Positions 15,909-24,720 of a DNA stretch of 64,000 nucleotides are shown here, one piece after another (positions within the stretch are counted from its first letter, which is position 1; the number at the start of each line of letters is the position of its first letter). Source of the DNA: Nanobdellota archaeon. GTDB taxonomy: Archaea > Nanobdellota > Nanobdellia > Parvarchaeales > Parvarchaeaceae. Position numbers and translations under genes: made by a program. The stretch spans positions 1,757 to 65,756 of the forward strand of contig JAKAVT010000004.1 of the NCBI GenBank assembly GCA_021817165.1, in the 5' to 3' direction. Below the pieces are notes generated by a model that had not been told where the DNA came from, made no database searches, and was given only the letters and a program-made list of their open reading frames with translations.

Positions 15909-17671
15909 GCAAAACCCTTTTCCCTTATTATCTTTATGGGATCTCTGTCCACTGCAATGGTATCGCTTGGCAGATATTTTTTGAAAACCGGGGTATCATA
16001 CCTGGAATCCATCAAAACGATGGCGCACTTGTCGTTCTTTGACCTTATGCCCCTGCCGGCAGCCTGCATGACCTTTATCATCGTTGGAAGGACCTGCGCA
16101 TATTCAAAGCCGCTGCCCATCTTCTTGTCATAGTATATCTGCATCGCCTTCAGTTTTATAGAAGGCGGCTCGAAAGGAACGCCGACTATCCCTATAAGCT
16201 TTATCATGTTGTTCTTTATGCCTATGCTTTCCGAGAAATTCCCGTTCATTACCGCAAACAGTACTGAGCTTGAAAAGGACAACTTTTCCATTATCTCGTT
16301 TTTCCTCTCCCTTTCCATGCTTTGCTCTTCTTTTATTATCCTTCCTTTTTCCTTTGCTAGCGGATAAATTCTGTCCATAAAGTAGTAGGAGGGAAAGAAA
16401 AATATCATGTTGTACTTCGCCTTCTCCATCATTTCGTTTATGGAATCCGCTATCCTGGAGTACTGCTCTTCCCTTGAAGAAAACCTAGACGTGACTTCCT
16501 TGTCTATTATTATCAAACGGTTATCGTTTGCGGAATCGCCGTCTACTTCGAGGCTTTCATGTCCCTTTAATCCTAAAAGATTCGCGAACATGTCCATCGG
16601 CCGGAACGTTCCGCTCATTAGTATGGTGGAATAAAATGAGTCTATTACTCCCTGCGAATAATCTGCCGGATCCAACGAATTGACGTTTATCCTTCTCCCC
16701 TTTTCATCTATAGAGATATATATTATGTCATCATCTTTTGCGGAAAGGAGCTTTTCCGTGAAGTTCTTCAGCATGAATGCCGCCGGAATGTTGTAGCCTT
16801 TTTCGTGGAATTTCACTATGTCTTCCATCTTTTCCAGATCCGCTTCATTGAATATCCCCCTTATGTCCACCGCATTTTCCCTTGTAACCTTCCTTATCTC
16901 CGCTACTATTTTGTCTATCTTTACAGCTATGTCATTGTAGCCTGCGAGATTTGCTTCCGAGTACGCCTTCTCCAGGTTCCTCTGCGATATCGAAAACGAG
17001 TTCATGTCCAGTATCTTTGCCGGCAGATTATGGGCTTCATCCACTATTAATATGGTATTCCCCGGGTCTATCCCCGTTCTTATGGTAAATCCGAGGGCTA
17101 TGCTTGGATCGAAGGCATGCGAGTAGTTTGCAACGACTACTGTAGACTGCTTTGCATTAAGCAGGGAAAGCTCATATGGACACAATTCAAACGCTCTTGC
17201 GGTTTCCATCACGCTCTTCGGATCAGATATTTTCTCGGATAATGCTTCGATTACTGCGGGCTTGACGTCCTTGTTCTTTGTAAACGTATTGCTATAGAAA
17301 TCGCACATGTTCTGCTCCCTTACCGCCCTGCAGAACTCTATGAACAAAGATGGTTCAACGCTGTTCTCGAACAGGCACATCGACCTTTTTCCGTTTATTC
17401 CAGCAAAACCTATCTTTTCGGATGAAGAGTCGTTTATCCTCCTCAAAGTATCGTATACTATGTTCTGATGCGTGTGCTTTGCCGTAAGGAACAAAACCTT
17501 GAGGTTGTGTTCCTTTGCCGCATTTACTGCAGCATAAAGAACCGCTGCAGTTTTTCCCATTCCGGTTGAAGCCTGTATTATCAGCTTTCCCCTTTCCTTT
17601 ACGGTTTTTCCGACTGCCTCTACTATTTCTCTCTGCCCGCTTCTCATCGATTTGAAAGGAAATGAAATCAT
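15905..17671 (-). CDS. xpd: XPD/Rad3-family 5'-3' DNA helicase with FeS domain
   Basis: 588 aa. Walker A ASTGMGKTAA, DEAH box IVDEAHNL and motif VI QAAGRGIRS. Four Cys (MCLFEN, EFCRAV, MCDFY, LCPYE) sit where the XPD 4Fe-4S domain is inserted. Confidence 0.85.
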   Translation of the reverse strand: MISFPFKSMRSGQREIVEAVGKTVKERGKLIIQASTGMGKTAAVLYAAVNAAKEHNLKVLFLTAKHTHQNIVYDTLRRINDSSSEKIGFAGINGKRSMCLFENSVEPSLFIEFCRAVREQNMCDFYSNTFTKNKDVKPAVIEALSEKISDPKSVMETARAFELCPYELSLLNAKQSTVVVANYSHAFDPSIALGFTIRTGIDPGNTILIVDEAHNLPAKILDMNSFSISQRNLEKAYSEANLAGYNDIAVKIDKIVAEIRKVTRENAVDIRGIFNEADLEKMEDIVKFHEKGYNIPAAFMLKNFTEKLLSAKDDDIIYISIDEKGRRINVNSLDPADYSQGVIDSFYSTILMSGTFRPMDMFANLLGLKGHESLEVDGDSANDNRLIIIDKEVTSRFSSREEQYSRIADSINEMMEKAKYNMIFFFPSYYFMDRIYPLAKEKGRIIKEEQSMERERKNEIMEKLSFSSSVLFAVMNGNFSESIGIKNNMIKLIGIVGVPFEPPSIKLKAMQIYYDKKMGSGFEYAQVLPTMIKVMQAAGRGIRSKNDKCAIVLMDSRYDTPVFKKYLPSDTIAVDRDPIKIIREKGFA

Positions 17672-17829
17672 AATCTTTTAATTTGCTTCAAGGTTAATTA
17701 ACATTCCCTTGACAATTTATCTAATAAAAGCACTTCAAATTTAGCCGCTTGCGGTTCAAAAGTCTATAAACGGACTTTGAATTAAACCTTGTCATTTGTA
17801 AATATTGAATAAAATACAGAAATGCGCTT

Positions 17830-18708
17830 CTAAATGCTTTTGTTTGGAAGACTATTCTCATTTATGTTATAATTAAAATCGCTTATTTTTGATATAGATT
17901 CATTGTAACTGATAAAAGACGTTGAAACAAAGTTAGTACCGTTTATTTTCATTGAAATAGATATTGTTGCGGCCAGGCTGTTTAGAACGGTTATGTTGTA
18001 GTTTTTGTAAAGGCAGCTTGTCAATATCCCGTTCAATTTCTCATTCCCCGTGCTTCCAGCTATTAATTGACTGTTGCTGCTGTTTATTGACAGAGAGAAG
18101 GAGGAAACGGTGAAAAGGCATGGATATCCCTTGTATGTTGTGTTGTATGCTTCAAGCAGTGAAACTTTGTCCATCTTTAAAGAATTAAAAAGGGCATAGT
18201 TTAAAGTTTTCACGCTTTCATTTAAAGGCTCGCATGATACTTTTCCAGAGGTTGCCGACGATCCGGAACATAAGTAAGTGTTGTTTCCTATCGCAAAAAC
18301 ATACGAAAGAGAAGTTAAGTTGTAGCCTATTCCCTGATAGACTGGAACGAAAATGGTGAAGTTTGAAAACGCTTCTGAATTTCCGTTCAACCCATGAAAC
18401 AGTTGTATGTAGCCATTTGAGCTCTTTGTGCTGTTGGAATTACTGCCGTTTGACAATGAAGCATAGGTAGACAGGCTGTAATTTACGTTGTATGATACCA
18501 TTTTACCTTCAGGTATAACGTTCTGATAGGTCTGCAATCCCAAGATGTCGTTGTAAACTGAACTTTCCAGCGATGAATTTGCGATGCCATAAGCCTGCTG
18601 CGGCACGCTTGCAGCTGGATTGCCATTTTTTCCAACCCCGAAAAGCAGTAAGATAAAAGCGAACACCGCAACAGCGGCGATTATCCCAAAAATATAGTAC
18701 TTTTCCAT
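17830..18708 (-). CDS. N-terminally anchored sequon-rich extracellular protein
   Basis: 292 aa. TM at residues ~5-25 (IFGIIAAVAVFAFILLLFGV), Ser/Asn-rich ectodomain with many N-x-S/T sequons and 5 Cys. Starts 9 nt after the stop of the HerA-like ATPase gene. Confidence 0.6.
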   Translation of the reverse strand: MEKYYIFGIIAAVAVFAFILLLFGVGKNGNPAASVPQQAYGIANSSLESSVYNDILGLQTYQNVIPEGKMVSYNVNYSLSTYASLSNGSNSNSTKSSNGYIQLFHGLNGNSEAFSNFTIFVPVYQGIGYNLTSLSYVFAIGNNTYLCSGSSATSGKVSCEPLNESVKTLNYALFNSLKMDKVSLLEAYNTTYKGYPCLFTVSSFSLSINSSNSQLIAGSTGNEKLNGILTSCLYKNYNITVLNSLAATISISMKINGTNFVSTSFISYNESISKISDFNYNINENSLPNKSI

Positions 18709-18717
18709 TTATTCTTT

Positions 18718-20031
18718 CTACTTGTTCTGTGCTTTCTTACTGATTGATTTCGGAGTTTCTCCGCCGTGCCAAGTCAGTCTTGGCCTTATCTGCACAGGGT
18801 ATATCCTTTCGGAATTGTCATCCAGTATTATGCACGCTCCTGGCAATCTTGGCAGGTCTACCAAATACTTCCGTATGTCGGATGCCATATAAGTCTGCAT
18901 TACTGTGTTCAATGCGTCTATGTCTAGTTTTGCCGTCACATGCTGCGATATTATGATATCGGACTGCGTTATTATATCAGTATCCAATTTTCCAGGCTGC
19001 TGCGTAGCCATCACCAACCCTATGCCTGGCTGCCTTCCTTCTTTTATCACCCTGGAAAGGGAAGCAGTAGCGGCCGTTGTACCGTTTGCCGGCAGGAACT
19101 CGTGAACTTCGTCTATGAACAGCCAAACTATCGGTATAGTCTTTTTCTTTTCCTCTTCGGTTATTTCCGTTGAATTGATTTCATTTAACTCCTCTACTCT
19201 TCTCTGTCCAGTCCTTATCTCAAGTATCTTCTGAGATAACAAACCTATCACCAATGCTCTTAAGCTAAACTCACCCAAAGAATGTGCATAAAGGCTTATG
19301 TCCAGTATGTTTATGTGCCCAGGAACAAGCAAATCCTCTATTTTAGTGCCTTCCTTTTCAAACAAGCCCCATTTCAAAGCAGCCTCGAACCTTTCCTTTA
19401 CAGCTTCTTTTACGGTATCAGAGGTGGTTATCTGCGAATTTACGTTTTCTATCATGTCCTTTAAGTCATACGGCCGCTTGTCTTCTTCCAATGCCTCTAA
19501 TACCTGATTAACCAGTATCCCATAATCATCGTTTATTGAAAAGCCGAAGATATCACACCAGTCGCTTGTTGAAAGCTCGTTTGCAGAGATTGAAAACGCG
19601 TAATCGGCCATTTCCACGTTTTCCTCTTTTACCCTGTCAAACGCACCCTTTGGAACGAATACGTTTATGTTCTTGAAAGCCGTCGGCTGATACCCCCATT
19701 GTTTTAATAGATCCGCTTCCTTGTAATTCGGATTTTTCATTGTCCAGTAAATTCCCATCGTATCTATTATTAAAGAGGTAATGCTGTTTGCCGTGTCTTC
19801 TTCCAACGAAGCCAAACCTTCTGCTATAACTCCCATGGTGTAGCTTTTTCCAGAGCCCCTTTTCCCGGCTATCAAAACCACATGCGGCCTTAAGGCATCA
19901 AGCATTATATTGTTGCCAAGACTGGTGACGTTGCCCATCGTTATGTACTGCTTTCCTATAAGGGTAGTTGCTAAATCACCGTAATTTCTGTGATCTTCTT
20001 CGTTTCTCCCTATAACTACACTATATACCAT
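18718..20031 (-). CDS. Short HerA/FtsK-clade P-loop ATPase (COG0433/DUF87-like)
   Basis: 437 aa. Walker A IAGKRGSGKSYT, Walker B VWLFIDEVHEF, RVIKEGRQPGIGLVMATQQPGKLDTDIITQSDIIISQHV, and the C-terminal RPRLTWHGGET typical of COG0433 proteins. Only ~50 aa precede the P-loop, so there is no full HAS-barrel. Confidence 0.75.
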   Translation of the reverse strand: MVYSVVIGRNEEDHRNYGDLATTLIGKQYITMGNVTSLGNNIMLDALRPHVVLIAGKRGSGKSYTMGVIAEGLASLEEDTANSITSLIIDTMGIYWTMKNPNYKEADLLKQWGYQPTAFKNINVFVPKGAFDRVKEENVEMADYAFSISANELSTSDWCDIFGFSINDDYGILVNQVLEALEEDKRPYDLKDMIENVNSQITTSDTVKEAVKERFEAALKWGLFEKEGTKIEDLLVPGHINILDISLYAHSLGEFSLRALVIGLLSQKILEIRTGQRRVEELNEINSTEITEEEKKKTIPIVWLFIDEVHEFLPANGTTAATASLSRVIKEGRQPGIGLVMATQQPGKLDTDIITQSDIIISQHVTAKLDIDALNTVMQTYMASDIRKYLVDLPRLPGACIILDDNSERIYPVQIRPRLTWHGGETPKSISKKAQNK

Positions 20032-20408
20032 TGCATTCTGCTCCTAATGAATTAATTAACATCCTTCCATGAAAATTAAAGTTTTTTACAGTGCATATCC
20101 CTTGATTCCCAAAATTACAGCTGCTAAACCCTTCTTTGCTTTTCATACCGGTAAGTTCTGTTATTATAGAAGCATACAAGAGCTTAGATTTCCATGTTGT
20201 CAGCATATTGTTATTCTGCCTTTTCTGCTATTTATGTTTTCCATTCTTTCAGTTCACTTTTATCCCTGAATCGTGGTTTTCCCACTCACACTTTATAAAA
20301 TTTAAACAGCTGCACTATTAAAAGTATGCCGTTATATAGTGATACTTTTTAATAATGTATACCGTTTAATAATGATATATTTAAATCTTAAAACAGTGAT
20401 AAAATACT

Positions 20409-21698
20409 ATGAACGCGGCTGAATTTAAGAGAATAATACAAAATCAAGAAATTGAAAGAAATAAAATATTATCAGAACCTGGAATAATACCTAGGGAGAT
20501 TAATATAGACCACATCAAAAAACTTCTTCTTTATCCAAATGCACTGGTTATATTGGGAGTTAGAAGAAGCGGCAAATCTACCTTATCATGGCTGATAATG
20601 GATAAAAATAGATATGCTTATATAAATTTTGATGACGAAGCGTTATACGGAATAAAGTCGAGTGACTTGGACATGCTGCTCAAGGCATTTTATGACTTGT
20701 ACGGAAGCTCCGTCGAATATTTTGTTTTTGATGAAATACAGAATGTAGAAGGCTGGGAATTATTCGTCAACCGCCTCATTAGAACCAAGAAAGTAATCAT
20801 TACCGGATCAAACTCAAATTTGTTAAGCCGAGACTTAGCTACACATCTTACAGGAAGACACAGCGACATAACTGTGTTTCCGTTTAGTTTTAGGGAATTC
20901 TTGAGGTACAAAGGCATTGACTACAAGGATATTATAATCAGAGGCTACTCTACCGAAGTTTCTGCACAAATTCTAAAGCTTTTAGCCGAATTTATGAAAT
21001 TTGGGGGTTTCCCAGAGAGCTATAAATTTGGATTAGAAAGAGCCAAATCCATTTTTGGAGACATAGTCTCCAAAGACGTAATAAGACGTTATAGCATAAA
21101 AAATATAAAATCCATAGAAGAATTGGCTAAGTACCTGATATACAACTTTTCTGCAGAGATGACTTTTAGCAAATTAAGGAATATAAGCGGAATTAAAAAA
21201 ATAGAGACAGTTAAAAACTATGTAAATTATCTGACTAATTCGTATCTAATCTTTTATTTAGAACGCTTTTCTTTTAAGTTAAAACAACGGATTATATCTC
21301 CGAAAAAGACATACTGCATAGACACCGGAATAATAAATTCTATAATCTCAGTAAGTTCCGATAACTTAGGGAAGATAATGGAAAATGTAGTTGCAGTAGA
21401 GCTACTTAGGAGAAAAGCTTATTCTGACAATTATGATATATTTTACTGGAAAGATGCATCACAAAGAGAAATAGATTTTTTAATAAAACGTGAGAAGAGT
21501 GTAGAACAGCTTATACAAGTGACATACTCATCCTCAAGAGAAGAAACGAACAATAGAGAAATAAATAATCTTATCACTGCATCTAAGGAACTTAGGTGCA
21601 ATAATCTTTTAATTATAACGTGGGACTATGAAGCGGAGGAAAAAATAGAGGGGAAGAAGATAAGGTTTATACCACTGTGGAGGTGGCTTCTTACATAG
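20409..21698 (+). CDS. COG1373-type AAA+ ATPase (AAA_14 + DUF4143-like C-terminal domain)
   Basis: 429 aa. Walker A GVRRSGKST and Walker B YFVFDEIQNVEGW. The C-terminal segment FYWKDASQREIDFLIK resembles the acidic/Lys core of PD-(D/E)xK-like domains. The gene is markedly AT-rich; one hand-counted 60-nt line gave 28 % GC. Confidence 0.8.
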   Translation: MNAAEFKRIIQNQEIERNKILSEPGIIPREINIDHIKKLLLYPNALVILGVRRSGKSTLSWLIMDKNRYAYINFDDEALYGIKSSDLDMLLKAFYDLYGSSVEYFVFDEIQNVEGWELFVNRLIRTKKVIITGSNSNLLSRDLATHLTGRHSDITVFPFSFREFLRYKGIDYKDIIIRGYSTEVSAQILKLLAEFMKFGGFPESYKFGLERAKSIFGDIVSKDVIRRYSIKNIKSIEELAKYLIYNFSAEMTFSKLRNISGIKKIETVKNYVNYLTNSYLIFYLERFSFKLKQRIISPKKTYCIDTGIINSIISVSSDNLGKIMENVVAVELLRRKAYSDNYDIFYWKDASQREIDFLIKREKSVEQLIQVTYSSSREETNNREINNLITASKELRCNNLLIITWDYEAEEKIEGKKIRFIPLWRWLLT

Positions 21699-21706
21699 TA
21701 TACCTA

Positions 21707-22108
21707 TTATTCATGCTCATAACTATTGTCCTTGTTTTTCCTTAACCACTCCTCTTCATCAATCTTTATAGATTTTCCCTTGACTTCCTGAACGTTGTAC
21801 CTCTTTTCAAGCTGCTTCATCTTTGAAAGGAAGGCTTCATCCAGATCAAAATTCAAATGATCGGAGATGGCTAAACAGCCGAAGAAAACGTCTGCCGTTT
21901 CGTTCTTTATCTTCTGCATGAATTCCTTGTCCTCCCTTGCCTTTTTGTCAATCTCTTTTCCATCTTTCCACAGGAAAAGCTCCAATAATTCATTTGCCTC
22001 TACTGATATGTCTTCTGCTAAATCCTTTGATGTCTGAAACTGCCTCCAGTCCCTCTCGTCTATGAAATTTTTCGCTATTTCAGCCAGTTCTTTTATGCTT
22101 TTTTCCAT
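21707..22108 (-). CDS. MazG-like nucleoside triphosphate pyrophosphohydrolase
   Basis: 133 aa all-helical protein. E-x2-E-x2-E type motif (VEANELLELFLW) and a second acidic motif (NETADVFFGCLAISDHLNFDLDEAF), as in small MazG/dCTPase-like proteins. Confidence 0.7.
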   Translation of the reverse strand: MEKSIKELAEIAKNFIDERDWRQFQTSKDLAEDISVEANELLELFLWKDGKEIDKKAREDKEFMQKIKNETADVFFGCLAISDHLNFDLDEAFLSKMKQLEKRYNVQEVKGKSIKIDEEEWLRKNKDNSYEHE

Positions 22109-22167
22109 ATCTTAGCTTAAAAAGTGCAAGAATTAATCTTTTTGTTCTGGTTAAAGGTTAACTAAAC

Positions 22168-22971
22168 CTAAGAAAAAAGATATGTGGTTATATTTTTTGC
22201 CTGCCGGTAATCCATGTTGTCATTTGAAAGAGTTGCGACTACTACCGACTTGCCGTTCACCAAATAAAGCTCCGTTGCGTTTTCCGTCGATGAATTTGAA
22301 GAGTTCAGCCTTCCGTTTATATAAATCATGCTTGCATTTCCAATGCTGCTTAAATTATAGGCTACTTTTGAATGATTTGCGTACTGTGAACCTATAACTC
22401 CGCTTATTTCTCCGAAAAGAGAACTGGCGGTGAAAGATGAATTTAAGTAGTAAACGGTAGCTGTGAAATAAGATATGTTCTTTGCCGAGCTATTTGATGC
22501 TATCTTTGAAACCTCAGAATACGGAACGAATTCCTGTATCGCTGCGGCTACTGTCCCGGACGGGAAACTGCCCGTTCCCGCGTATTTATTTATCACCGTT
22601 GAATTTGCCGTCGCATTGTATATCAAAGACCAGTTTCCGCCGATTATCGAAGTTAGACCTGAATTTGAGAGGTAATTTACAGGCGTATAGCTTACTGTAT
22701 TTACTGTCGTTTTTCCAGCTGGATGAATAATAAAGATTGCGATTGCAATTACGGCTATGATAACTATAACCGCAGGCACGATGATTTTTACAGGTATCTT
22801 GAAAGGTTTACCGTTCCGAGGCTTTTGTTCTGTAGCATTGTCTTCTGTCTTTGAGCCAGTAACGCTTTTCGATTCACTTTCTCCGGCTTTTTTGCTTTGC
22901 TTTGGATCTTGATTTATTTTGTTTTCTTCGTTTTTTAAATCAAGATTCTGCTTGTTTTCATCAGAATCCAT
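22168..22971 (-). CDS. Anchored surface protein with charged cytoplasmic N-terminal tail
   Basis: 267 aa. About 60 aa of charged low-complexity N-terminus, one TM (IIVPAVIVIIAVIAIAIFII), and a sequon-rich Ser/Asn ectodomain. Confidence 0.6.
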   Translation of the reverse strand: MDSDENKQNLDLKNEENKINQDPKQSKKAGESESKSVTGSKTEDNATEQKPRNGKPFKIPVKIIVPAVIVIIAVIAIAIFIIHPAGKTTVNTVSYTPVNYLSNSGLTSIIGGNWSLIYNATANSTVINKYAGTGSFPSGTVAAAIQEFVPYSEVSKIASNSSAKNISYFTATVYYLNSSFTASSLFGEISGVIGSQYANHSKVAYNLSSIGNASMIYINGRLNSSNSSTENATELYLVNGKSVVVATLSNDNMDYRQAKNITTYLFS

Positions 22972-23014
22972 CCCTGTATTTACACCATATAATATTTAAA
23001 AGTTTCCTAAGACG

Positions 23015-23386
23015 CTACTTCAGAATTTCTTCCATTTTGCTTTCCAGTTTTTGCGAAAGCTGCTTTACTTTCTTCAAAGACGCCAATGGCTCGTCCATAA
23101 CTGCTAGCGAATTATAATTGGCGTGTTTATTTATGTAAACTGAAAACTCACCAATGTACAAATGCAGCAGTTTCGACAAAGGACTGAAAAACGAGATTTT
23201 TATGCAATCCCCGTTATTGAGACCTGGATTACCGCACATCATTCCCGTCACATTCTCCCTCTCGATATAGAAATCAAGTTCGTTTGCTGCTTTTTCCAGA
23301 TAAGTTACTAACTGCGAACCTTTTTCCTCTTTTCTCAGATTTATTCTAATTTCCTTATATCCTTCGGTATTGTCTCTGTATAACAT
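23015..23386 (-). CDS. Hypothetical protein
   Basis: 123 aa ORF with no overlap to a better ORF and no recognisable motif. Lies between the anchored-protein gene and tRNA-Ser. Confidence 0.4.
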   Translation of the reverse strand: MLYRDNTEGYKEIRINLRKEEKGSQLVTYLEKAANELDFYIERENVTGMMCGNPGLNNGDCIKISFFSPLSKLLHLYIGEFSVYINKHANYNSLAVMDEPLASLKKVKQLSQKLESKMEEILK

Positions 23387-23524
23387 TTAATTACTATGAA
23401 GTGATTCGGTATTTAAAGATTATTATCTACATCGAGGAAATTCGCTTCCTCACCGTTTTATGTGAAGCAAAATTTTTACCCTTGTAACTTATCATTAAAA
23501 GACTGAAGTCCAATACAGCAAAAA

Positions 23525-23607
23525 CGCTGGGTGCAGGATTCGAACCTACGCATCCTTTCGGAAACCGGTTCTCGAGACCGGCGCTTTAACCGCTCAGCCA
23601 ACCCAGC
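23525..23607 (-). tRNA. tRNA-Ser (anticodon CGA), class II
   Basis: Reverse complement is GCTGGGTTGGCTGAGCGGTTAAAGCGCCGGTCTCGAGAACCGGTTTCCGAAAGGATGCGTAGGTTCGAATCCTGCACCCAGCG. Acceptor GCTGGGT/ACCCAGC, anticodon loop CTCGAGA, long variable arm, T-loop TTCGAAT and discriminator G. Confidence 0.88.
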
Positions 23608-23675
23608 TTTTCACTTTTTTATATGAATTTTCTAGTTATTATTGCTTTAAATTTTACTTTTGCTATTAAAATATT

Positions 23676-24689
23676 ATGGAAGTAACGCTTATAGCAGAGA
23701 CTTTGGATCCTAGTAAGGGTGGTATTCCCAGATATAACTATGAGATAAGCAAGATAAAAGATATAAAAAATGTGGTTGACTTTTCAAAAAGCCTTAGCAA
23801 TGATAGGCTTTCAAACAAACTGCTAAACAAGCTTTACAGGCGTAAAAACGTACTTGAAAGGAATGCAGACAAGCTTGGAAAAGTACTGCATTTCACGCAG
23901 CCTGAAGTAATGGTTAAAACCGACGAACTAAGAAAAAGGAAAGTAATTCTTACAGTACATGATTTAGCGGTTTTCGGTACTATGAAGGTTAAAGGAGTTT
24001 ATGGTAGTTTGCGCGGAATGTCATTCAGAAAGCAGTTTAAGTTTGCTGTTGAACGCGCTGATACTATAATGGTGAACAGCACTCAAACCAGAGATGAGCT
24101 AATAAACATACTCAAAGCTGATGCTGGAAAGATAGTAGTTGATAACCTTGGCATAGAAGAGAAATTCAAGCCCTTGGAAGCCAAAAAAGAGGGCATAATA
24201 GGCTACTTTGGTGGTTTCAACAGAAGAAAAAGAGTGGATAAACTTATCGATGACTTTATAGCTTCGTCATTGAATGCAAAGCTAAAGCTAGTCATATTCG
24301 GAAACAATGAGGATTACCCTATGCTAAAGAAAAAATATGAGAAGTTCGGCAGCGTAATCTTCAAGGATAAGATACCTGAAGAGGATATAGTAAAGGTAAT
24401 AAACGGCTTCGATTACTTTGTTTATCCTACTTCGTATGAAGGTTTTGGCTTGCCATTACTGGAATGCGTAGCCTGCGGTATACCTTCTTTCATATACAAA
24501 GATGCCGTTATACCAGAAGAAGTTAAAAAGTATGCCATTGAAATTGACAAACTGGATGACATAATCACAAAGGATTACAAGGAATTGGAAAAGGAATTTA
24601 CTGAAAAGGCAAAGAAAGTAAAGGAAGAATTCTCCTGGGACAAATGCCGTGAAACGCTTATAGCAGAGTACAAAAAACTATTAAGCTAA
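23676..24689 (+). CDS. GT-B retaining glycosyltransferase (GT4 family)
   Basis: 337 aa. C-terminal YPTSYEGFGLPLLECVACGIP carries the E-x7-E motif of GT4 enzymes. Confidence 0.8.
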   Translation: MEVTLIAETLDPSKGGIPRYNYEISKIKDIKNVVDFSKSLSNDRLSNKLLNKLYRRKNVLERNADKLGKVLHFTQPEVMVKTDELRKRKVILTVHDLAVFGTMKVKGVYGSLRGMSFRKQFKFAVERADTIMVNSTQTRDELINILKADAGKIVVDNLGIEEKFKPLEAKKEGIIGYFGGFNRRKRVDKLIDDFIASSLNAKLKLVIFGNNEDYPMLKKKYEKFGSVIFKDKIPEEDIVKVINGFDYFVYPTSYEGFGLPLLECVACGIPSFIYKDAVIPEEVKKYAIEIDKLDDIITKDYKELEKEFTEKAKKVKEEFSWDKCRETLIAEYKKLLS

Positions 24690-24720
24690 AGCATTAATTT
24701 ACATTTACTCTAAGTTAATA

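Noticed and set aside
18718-20031. Calling this gene the canonical DNA-repair HerA
   Set aside because: No NurA, Mre11 or Rad50 lies adjacent and the HAS-barrel region is missing. I kept it as a HerA/FtsK-clade ATPase of unknown role. Proximity to xpd seems coincidental, since xpd has its own promoter-like TATA region.
20021-20321. Three overlapping 60-66-aa ORFs in the 377-bp spacer upstream of the HerA-like and COG1373 genes
   Set aside because: They are mutually overlapping, have no start-site signals and give hydrophobic or aromatic junk-like translations. The spacer is better treated as a divergent promoter region. I also looked there for a degraded nurA or integrase remnant and saw nothing alignable.
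23525-23607. tRNA-Ser as an att site with a duplicated tRNA fragment marking an integrated element
   Set aside because: I found no second copy of either end of the tRNA-Ser sequence in 17.8-35.6 kb, and no integrase is present. The boundary role of the tRNA remains circumstantial.
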